From NCBI GenBank assembly GCA_963695855.1, contig CAVOHZ010000008.1, positions 320,001-384,000 on the forward strand: 64,000 nt of DNA. The letters are read 5' to 3'. Each line of letters opens with the position of its first letter. The first letter of the stretch is position 1. Below, one piece after another: positions 56,315 through 64,000 of this stretch. This DNA is from an uncultured Nitrososphaerales archaeon (GTDB lineage Archaea; Thermoproteota; Nitrososphaeria; Nitrososphaerales; Nitrososphaeraceae). The position numbers and the translations under genes were made by a program. Under the pieces are notes generated by a model that did no database searches, had not been told where the DNA came from, and saw only the letters and a program-made list of their open reading frames with translations.

Positions 56315-57233
56315 GAGCCTATCCCAAAAATAGATAGGAATATAGCTCCTTTGTTTCTTATCATATCTGATAATGTTTAAGAGTGAAAAATATGTTAGAA
56401 GTATTACATGTATTCCAGATGATCTTTGGAATGAAATTACAAATATTTTCCCTTTTGAAAAACCATAGAATACAATAGGGCGTCCCATTATTCCTTACAG
56501 AGAAGTATTTGATGGTATCCTGTTTGTCTTGAGAACTGGATGTCAATGGAAAATGTTACCCAAAGAATATGGTTCTGGTTCTACATGTCATAGAAGATTT
56601 CGAGAATGGAGAGAATCAGGTATATTTGATAAATTATGGAGCAGATTATTAAAATTATATGATTTAAAGAAAGGAATAAAATGGAACTGGCAGTCACTTG
56701 ATAGCATCTCTATAAAATCGCCTTTAGGGGGGCGATGACAGGTCATAATCCTACTACAGATAGAAGTAAATTAGGTAGTAAAAGACATATTTTAACAGAT
56801 AAAGATGGTATTCCCCTTTCAACTGTTATAACATCTGCATATACTCATGATGTTACTGTTGCAACAAATACAATTGATAATATTGTTATCAAAAGACCAC
56901 CACCTTCATCATCAATAGCAAAATATAGAAACAAGAAGAAGAATAAGAAAAAGCAGAATCTATGTCTTGATAAAGCATATCATTCCAAGGAAATAGAACA
57001 AGAAGTTATCAAAAGAGGATATATTCCACATATACGACACAGAAGAGAAGAAAAGAAATACAGCAATAGACATCCTGCAGTAAGAAGATGGGTGGTAGAG
57101 AGAACAAATTCTTGGCATAACAGATTCAGAAAATTATTTACAAGATATGAAAAGAAGGATGAGAACTATCTTGGTCTTGTACAGTTAGCAAATAGCATAA
57201 TTGTTCATAGGAGGTTAATTTTGGGGTAGGCTC
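56315..57233 (+). mobile_element. IS5-family (IS427-like, split ORF) element
   Basis: IRs GAGCCTATCCCAAAA / TTTTGGGGTAGGCTC, TAA on both flanks; orfA with in-frame TAG, G-run junction, orfB 56735-57229 (DKAY, RWVVER..W...R.L..RYEK). Confidence 0.92.
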
Positions 57234-57596
57234 TAAGTACTTTGTTATCTGACCTACCCTATCAATCTGACAAAAATTTTTTGTCTAGTAAAATATTTTT
57301 AATAAATTCAAAATCAATATCTTTTTAAATTAAGTGAAATAGTAACAAATACTGATTTTACAAAAAAAATTTATAAAGAAAAGCATAAAAGAAATTTTTA
57401 GAATTGACAATTTAATAGCTCGATATATGGCAGTCTTGGATAATGTCTGTTACATTTATTGATTCGTCTTTTTTAGTAGAAAATTCTACCTGAGTAATAA
57501 ATTACAAAATTTATAACTAAATAATTAATCTGAATAATTCTAGATTAAATGTTATTTAGGTTTGTATCCCAATACTAATATAGATTTAATCCACAT

Positions 57597-59507
57597 TTGA
57601 ATTTGAAATTAATAATGAACATCATGATTAATATTATATTTTTAAAATTATTTTCATTATTATCAGTTTCATTCTTAATATTATTGTCAATGACTTTTCC
57701 TATTAAGAGTTTTTCCTTTACACAACAAAATTTTGAACAACCTGCTATGGATCAGCCGGCTATCGCGCAATTACCTTCACCAGATGAAAAAAATAAAATA
57801 GGTTACATAATATTAACAACAAATGTTATTAATGATAATGGAGGTAATAAACAACCCTCCGATTTTACAATAAACATTCATGACACCTCAGCATTTCCTT
57901 CTTCATTGGAAGCTGTACCATCACCACAAGTTCAAATTATTTCTGTTAATGAAGGTAAATACTCAATTTCTGTAAATAATGTTAATGGATATAATATATC
58001 TCTTGAAAACCAATGCGAAGGTGTTATAAATTATGGTGAAGTGAGATCTTGTCTTATTATTGCAGATGATGATGGTAATATTTCTTCTACTTCAAAATTA
58101 CCGATATTACCGCTGTCCCTATCTGACTTACTTCTCCCTGACCTTGCAGGAAAAGATCAGGATATTAAACCTAAAATTGCAGCGATACCAAAACCAGCAG
58201 ATCCGTCTAAAGTAGGATTTCTGTTAATATCAACAAATGTTATTAATGATAATGGAGGTAATAAACAACCCTCCGATTTTACAATAAACATTCATGGTAC
58301 CCCAGCATTTCCTTCTTCATTTAAAGCTGCTTCATCGAAGATGATCCAAGTAGTTGCTGTTTCGGAGGGACAATACTCTGTGTCAGTCGCTAATAGTGTA
58401 GCTGGATATCAATCATTCCTGCAATTTGAATGTCAAGGTCAGATTAATCCAAACGAGATAAAAACTTGTTTAATTACATTAAATGATATTTCATCGCCTA
58501 TACCTTGTCCACAAGGACAACACCTTGAGAATGGTCAATGTGTTCCAAATCCACCAGAACCCTGTCCACAAGGACAACACCTTGAGAATGGTCAATGTGT
58601 TCCAAATCCACCAGAACCCTGTCCACAAGGACAACACCTTGAGAATGGTCAATGTGTTCCAAATCCACCAGAACCCTGTCCACAAGGACAACACCTTGAG
58701 AATGGTCAATGTGTTCCAAATCCACCCCCTACAGGAGGGGCATTTCCAGTACAAGGTGTCATCTGGATGTATGATTCAAAACAAACATTAATCAATGACA
58801 TCTCACTGCCATCAGGAGAGACACATCCCATCGATAAAGTGTTATTGTCTAGTGGAGCTAGTGGTGTAAACGCACATATTATTAAGAATGGTTGGCTAGA
58901 AGTGCAATCGGGTGGTGGAAATGGTAGGGTATATTGGGATTATCATGAATTACCACAATTTTCACAATTAGATACAGCTGGTTTCAACACTGTAATGACA
59001 GGAACATTTAAGCTAAAACCTGGAATAGAGAATTTATCAATAAAAGACGGGAATCATGGTACAGATGGATGGATTTTGGATGGTAAATTGGTGTTTGGTG
59101 GATTCGGATTCTCAATTCATAGGACTGAAGTTCAATCGAAGGTAGAATACTGGCATAACCTGCAGGGTCAGGAAGTCGCTTCCCAATATCCAAACGGTAT
59201 CATACTACAAGACGACAAAGAGTACAAATTCTTCTCAACTATGAGAACTGATAGGACAAATAATGAGGTAGTACTCAATGTGTGGTTAGATTTCGGCGAT
59301 GGTAAAGGATGGGTCCTAGTTATGAAAGATAGGAAGTGGGGTATGTCTGGATGGAATCCAGATGGTATTCCAAATGGAGACGATACAACAGAAATAGAAA
59401 AGGGTCCATCATTTATTAAAAAACATCATATTTGGACTAGAGCAAATGGATCGGGACATTTACCAATCAAAGATATAAGAATAGGTACTATAAGCTTTAT
59501 TTCCTAA
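57597..59507 (+). CDS. modular secreted protein: 2x beta-sandwich, 4x Cys/Pro repeat, unassigned beta-rich C-terminal domain
   Basis: Signal peptide; TNVINDNGGNKQPSDFTINIH twice; CPQGQHLENGQCVPNPPEP x4. Confidence 0.88.
   Translation: MNLKLIMNIMINIIFLKLFSLLSVSFLILLSMTFPIKSFSFTQQNFEQPAMDQPAIAQLPSPDEKNKIGYIILTTNVINDNGGNKQPSDFTINIHDTSAFPSSLEAVPSPQVQIISVNEGKYSISVNNVNGYNISLENQCEGVINYGEVRSCLIIADDDGNISSTSKLPILPLSLSDLLLPDLAGKDQDIKPKIAAIPKPADPSKVGFLLISTNVINDNGGNKQPSDFTINIHGTPAFPSSFKAASSKMIQVVAVSEGQYSVSVANSVAGYQSFLQFECQGQINPNEIKTCLITLNDISSPIPCPQGQHLENGQCVPNPPEPCPQGQHLENGQCVPNPPEPCPQGQHLENGQCVPNPPEPCPQGQHLENGQCVPNPPPTGGAFPVQGVIWMYDSKQTLINDISLPSGETHPIDKVLLSSGASGVNAHIIKNGWLEVQSGGGNGRVYWDYHELPQFSQLDTAGFNTVMTGTFKLKPGIENLSIKDGNHGTDGWILDGKLVFGGFGFSIHRTEVQSKVEYWHNLQGQEVASQYPNGIILQDDKEYKFFSTMRTDRTNNEVVLNVWLDFGDGKGWVLVMKDRKWGMSGWNPDGIPNGDDTTEIEKGPSFIKKHHIWTRANGSGHLPIKDIRIGTISFIS
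58503..58727 (+). repeat. intragenic 57-bp tandem repeat x4
   Basis: TGTCCACAAGGACAACACCTTGAGAATGGTCAATGTGTTCCAAATCCACC repeated in frame. Confidence 0.97.
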
Positions 59508-59881
59508 TTTACAAATTTTTTGTTATGATCATTTAGCATTTACATTTCAAATCAAAGCGATCGCAAGTAAAATATTTTTTATAAACTATTACTATCCCCT
59601 ATAATAATCTGTTCAAATTTTACAGGGGATCTAGAAGATTAACAATAATTGCCATAATCAAAGTACATATATGTTATGCTTTGGCTTGTTGGTTACTTAA
59701 TATATCTTAGTTGGTAATTAAATTAATCGTTGAATAAAAGAAATAGAGTTAAGATTGTAACGATGAAGTTTCAAGTTAGTGTTAATAGAGAAGTCAGCAA
59801 ATAAATATAAACATAAATATAAATATTTTAATCCACCCCATCCTCAAGACCAATTTTTAATATTTTTAGATTTTAATTACA

Positions 59882-60652
59882 TTAGATTTTCTTTCCAAGA
59901 AAATTCTCTGAATTACTTTTCAATATTTTCTTCACTTCTTCAAAATTCAGGTCGAGGATTTCCCCTACATAATTAATAACACTTACAAGACATGATATGG
60001 AAGATGATGGAAGGTAATTGAAACAATTCGAATATCTGACTGGACCATCCGTTTCAACCAAAATTTTTTCTTGATCTGTATTTGATAACAAAACTTTTTT
60101 GTCTGGAGAATACAAGAGAACTGGACCATATGACACATAAAATTCCATTTCCATTACTTTTTTCAATTGTTTTCTGCTTCCCGCAAACCAGTGTAGCAGT
60201 CTATTTTTGATGCTATAAGATGGTAACACATGTAAAATATCATCAAGGGATTTTCTTGAATGAATTGAAATAGGTTTATCATATTTTTCTGCAATTTCTA
60301 GAAGATAATGAAATTTCTTCTTTTGTATTTCATAATCTTTTTCATTTCCTACGGAATAAGTAGGATCCAATCCTATCTCGCCAATTCCATCTACTCTATC
60401 AAGATTAGATTCAACTAATTCTTTGAAGATATCAAGATCATCTGTTAACACATATTGTGGATGAATACCTACAAATTGTGAAACTATCTCTCCAGAATCT
60501 GAAAAAATATCAAAACTTCTTTTAGTAGTCTCTATATTGACGGTAACAGAACATGCCTTCATTTGCATTGATTTTAATGCGAATAAAATATTTTCTAAAT
60601 AATTTGAATATTCAGGATCAGTTAAATGGATGTGAGCATCAAAATATTGCAT
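59882..60652 (-). CDS. tatD: TatD-family deoxyribonuclease
   Basis: DAHIH, GIHP, GEIGLD, IHSR, LHWF, ETDGP. Confidence 0.93.
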   Translation of the reverse strand: MQYFDAHIHLTDPEYSNYLENILFALKSMQMKACSVTVNIETTKRSFDIFSDSGEIVSQFVGIHPQYVLTDDLDIFKELVESNLDRVDGIGEIGLDPTYSVGNEKDYEIQKKKFHYLLEIAEKYDKPISIHSRKSLDDILHVLPSYSIKNRLLHWFAGSRKQLKKVMEMEFYVSYGPVLLYSPDKKVLLSNTDQEKILVETDGPVRYSNCFNYLPSSSISCLVSVINYVGEILDLNFEEVKKILKSNSENFLGKKI

Positions 60653-60867
60653 CTGTCTATGTAATTCTCCAATCGTATTTATAAAATTATTAGACCCAAA
60701 ATTTAAGAAAATATATCAAAGTCAAATTTATTTAAATAAGATTTGTGAATACATGTTTTCAAATCCAAGATTTCAATTTCTTACATCTGCTTCTACTTTT
60801 TTTACGATCAATTATAGTATTTTTTTAATAAAAATTACAGGCATATTAAATATTAAATATTAATTAA

Positions 60868-61340
60868 TTGAGGCTGGGTCATAATTATTTTTCCATTTTC
60901 ATAACGAATAAAGCTAGTTTATTGGTGTATGATGTTTTGGTGAAACACTATACAAACAAACAAACTAGCACAGAAAAGATCCACGTCTATTCTAATTAGG
61001 ATTTTGTATTTGATTGGTTTGATCCGTTGGCCACATAATAATAATAGAGGAGTAGGAGGAGGGCATGGTAGACCATATGTCTATCCTCCTACTGTTATAC
61101 TACGATGTTTTATAGTATGTGTATGGTTCAGATTGTATTATAACAGAGCATTGCATGAATATCTGGCAATGGAGATAGCATATAACAGAAAGGTAATGAA
61201 AGGATGTGGAATGTCAAGAGTACCTAGCAGAAGAACATTTGATAGACGTCTTGCTACACTATCTATCTAATGATATTAAAAATAGGAATACTACAATGGG
61301 TGAAGTTTTTGTTCATGAAAAAATAATCGAACCATACAAA
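60868..61340 (+). mobile_element. 5' fragment of the same IS as 42684-43856
   Basis: Same left IR TTGAGGCTGGGTCATAATT and GRPYVY.PTVILRCFIV fragment; truncated. Confidence 0.85.
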
Positions 61341-61708
61341 ATCCATTTCTGGTACTGGACTTGGCTTGTATATCACAAAAAATACTGTCGAAGCTCATGC
61401 CGGAAGAATATGGGACACGAATAATAAAGACGTAAAAGGTGCAGAATTTGGACTGACTTTGCCAATGTTATAATTTTTATTCAAAATTGCATATCTTCTT
61501 ATTATAAGGATGGAATATAGAACGCACAAAGTTGGCCTAAAAAAGTGATTGTATATATAAAACAAATAGAATTAAATTTTTTATTTAGAAGTTGCTATAA
61601 TGATAGTGAAACTTAACGACGACTTTTTGAAAAACCTTACAGTAAAGAGATTCAGAGGATTGTTAGAACAGGAAAATCTAGAATAAATATACAGAATATT
61701 TAATTGGA

Positions 61709-62539
61709 TTGAATAAATATAACATATCAATATCATATTATCGTATGCAACATTGTATAAAGATAGTTTTACCTAAATTTTTTTTATTTCTTATTTCTGT
61801 TTTTATTATAAACAAGAATGTTATCAAAGAAAGAATTAGATCTAAAATACTTTACAGTAGCTTAAATTACGACGTAAATAAGATATTTATTAACTTTAAA
61901 CCTTACATTTTAGTAACTCTACTATTTTTTATTCTTTTCAGCACAATGATGATATCAGAGATCGATACGGCTTTTGCAAAAAAAGATTCAAAAAGAAAAA
62001 CGATTGATCTGTGTTGTAGTTGGGGGAATTCAATAAGCGACGGAGTATTAACAATTTCTATCAAGAATGGTGGATCAGAATTGGCTAAAATTGTAAAGCT
62101 AGCTATTAAAGATTGGGAGAAAGCATTAGGGGATTCAGTACAATTCAAATATGTCAAGGATCAAGAGTCTGACGCAGATATTGAAATTGTATTCAAAAAG
62201 GGAAAAGGGCAAAAAGTCGGAAAAGCTGTAACATTCTTTGATCATAATGGAAAAATTGATCATGTGGATATTTCAATCTCTAAAAAATCATATGGTCAAA
62301 GTTTAGGTCCCTCCCTTTTAGAGCATGTTGCAAAACATGAGTTTGGTCATGCTCTTGGTTTAGGACATGCAAATTTCAAAGAATCTCTTATGTCTGCCCA
62401 TGTAAATCAAGATGTAAAAAAAATATCTGCATGTGAATTGGAATCTGTCAAATATGTTAATAATTGGAAGTCTACTGATGATGATGATAAATCTTCCAGT
62501 ACTCTAGATAAAGATAGTTTTAGATGCAAGAATAAATAA
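61709..62539 (+). CDS. secreted matrixin-like metalloprotease, paralog of 44100-44753
   Basis: IDLCCSWG, HEFGHALGLGH, SLM; true start probably downstream. Confidence 0.88.
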   Translation: MNKYNISISYYRMQHCIKIVLPKFFLFLISVFIINKNVIKERIRSKILYSSLNYDVNKIFINFKPYILVTLLFFILFSTMMISEIDTAFAKKDSKRKTIDLCCSWGNSISDGVLTISIKNGGSELAKIVKLAIKDWEKALGDSVQFKYVKDQESDADIEIVFKKGKGQKVGKAVTFFDHNGKIDHVDISISKKSYGQSLGPSLLEHVAKHEFGHALGLGHANFKESLMSAHVNQDVKKISACELESVKYVNNWKSTDDDDKSSSTLDKDSFRCKNK

Positions 62540-62784
62540 TGTGTGAGAAAATATATCTATGTAAATTATCAGATAGATTTACTTGTCTTTTATCAGTTCT
62601 ACTAACAATATATTACAAGGGAGTTTCTATGAAAATATTTTATTTATCAAATTGTTGCAATGGGAGTAATTTTAGGCCGGTGCTATTTAATTAAAAGATA
62701 TAGATTCATTTGTAGGAACTCTAAAATATCAAATATTTTGTAAATAATGTTTCTTATGTTTATTATCGCTGTGCAATATCCTCG

Positions 62785-62833
62785 AATAGGGCCAATGGGA
62801 TGTGAAACAAATATGTCCTTTATTTTGGACCCA
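62785..62833 (-). repeat. dispersed tRNA-3'-end-like repeat, copy D
   Basis: Reverse strand GGGTCCAAAATAAAGGACATATTTGTTTCACATCCCATTGGCCCTATT, closely parallel to copy A. Confidence 0.6.
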
Positions 62834-63016
62834 CAATAAAATTTTATTAAATTAACTTGTTTTTATAAATATCATTTTAGCTATTATTCTGACTCATTCA
62901 ATATCATTTTCAGATTTTGAATTGCCAATGTTGTGATAACTTAAATTGTTGTGTACGTTGATTATATGTATCAGGCACATACAGATTATCTTTACTATCT
63001 ACCATAACTCCAGATT

Positions 63017-63316
63017 TTGGAGTACTGTGAAATGCATATACGAGATCCAGGAGATCCTATCTGTAGAAGTGATTATTTAGAAGACTTAAAACGAGTAAGA
63101 AGATTTAAGAAATTTATAACCCAAGAGGAGATGAGATCGTTTCCTTTTTTATTTGAGGAGGAAGATGATGATCCTATTGTAAAACAACAAAATGAAGAAA
63201 TAAAAAAAATTTTTGATTCAAAAGATGAATCTGAGTTAAAACTATTAGGTTATTCTTTTATCTTTCTACAGAATAAGAGGAGTCTAATTTATTTAAATGG
63301 TAATGCAGTATTTTAA
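63017..63316 (+). CDS. hypothetical protein, possibly a gene fragment
   Basis: 99-aa ORF with TTG start, between repeat copies D and E. Confidence 0.4.
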   Translation: MEYCEMHIRDPGDPICRSDYLEDLKRVRRFKKFITQEEMRSFPFLFEEEDDDPIVKQQNEEIKKIFDSKDESELKLLGYSFIFLQNKRSLIYLNGNAVF

Positions 63317-63459
63317 AAGATAGAACTGAATCTTTTTTTTGATGATTACTTATGATTAGATTTTATCGATTGATTTGATTTAAGAATGATAAAACGAATG
63401 GATTATCATTATTTGTAATACTGGGAGCTCATTCTACTCAATTTTAAACTCGTTAAATT

Positions 63460-63557
63460 CTTTCAAATACCTTTCAAATCATTATTTAATGGTATTCAGA
63501 TTGTTTTCAAATTGCTTTCTAATTGTTTTCAAATACCTTTCAAATACCTTTCGAATG
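63460..63557. repeat. cluster of 11-bp imperfect repeats (TTTCAAATACC / TTTCAAATTGC)
   Basis: About 7-8 units, several in direct tandem. Confidence 0.6.
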
Positions 63558-63832
63558 GCCCATTTTGTGCTCATATTAGAGTGATATTAGATAGAGTAAT
63601 TGAATTTTACTTATACTCAATCAAGATAATTGAAACTTCACAATTAACTATAATCGATTATCTAACTCAGAATACTATTTTACAAATCAATTTGAAGTAA
63701 TAGAAGTTTAAATTGTTATTAGATTTTTCTATTCTTATTTGTCTTAATGTCTTTTAAATAAAATGATTACAAAAAGTAAAGGTTATTCTCTAGTTCTCTA
63801 TATCATTGCTTCATGAATTCTTCTAAAAGTAA

Positions 63833-63875
63833 GATTGGAACCCAGAGTTCAATGGGGCCAGTGGGATGTGAACCC
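63833..63875 (-). repeat. dispersed tRNA-3'-end-like repeat, copy E (best preserved)
   Basis: Reverse strand GGGTTCACATCCCACTGGCCCCA-TTGAACTCTGGGTTCCAATC resembles a T-arm plus acceptor 3' strand. Confidence 0.65.
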
Positions 63876-64000
63876 TTCTATAAAGTGGGACCAATTAAAT
63901 CGATAGATCTCCATAGTTTTAGAATATTTTTTTATTTTATCTTTTATATTTCAATAGATACTTTAAACTCTGTATAAATCAGATTACCTTATTACCTGCT

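Noticed and set aside
7835-56470. Stop-codon recoding suggested by many in-frame TAG/TGA codons
   Set aside because: Stops occur only in decaying genes that mostly also have frameshifts; core genes are clean and end normally on TAG/TGA
63460-63557. ATTTGAAAG motifs resembling CRISPR repeat ends
   Set aside because: Units are 11 bp and adjacent, with no spacers
63853-63875. Possible tRNA gene
   Set aside because: Only a T-arm/acceptor-like 3' fragment; no 5' half, D-arm or anticodon arm

Overview
AT-rich archaeal DNA, most consistent with an ammonia-oxidising Nitrososphaeraceae (Ca. Nitrosocosmicus-like) genome. This is inferred from the pyrG / NAD kinase-HTH / rps26e / CDP-alcohol phosphatidyltransferase core block at 31.7-37.4 kb and from lineage-typical secreted proteins. 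The rest is accessory DNA rich in IS elements (IS6, IS5 of IS903-like and IS427-like types, IS630, IS110/IS1111, another DDE type), pseudogenes, stress and metal genes, and modular surface proteins. Main finding: two IS110/IS1111-type elements each carry an upstream non-coding region that folds by eye into the same two-loop bridge/seek-RNA architecture. The guide segments can be read against each element's own junctions (TG core). The decoded targets are the terminal inverted repeats of other IS families in this window, IS6-type for one and IS903-like IS5 for the other, which suggests RNA-programmed recombinases parasitising other transposons. Second finding: a dispersed, degenerate tRNA-3'-end-like repeat that brackets small orphan ORFs like att sites. 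All structures and family assignments were made by eye, without database searches.
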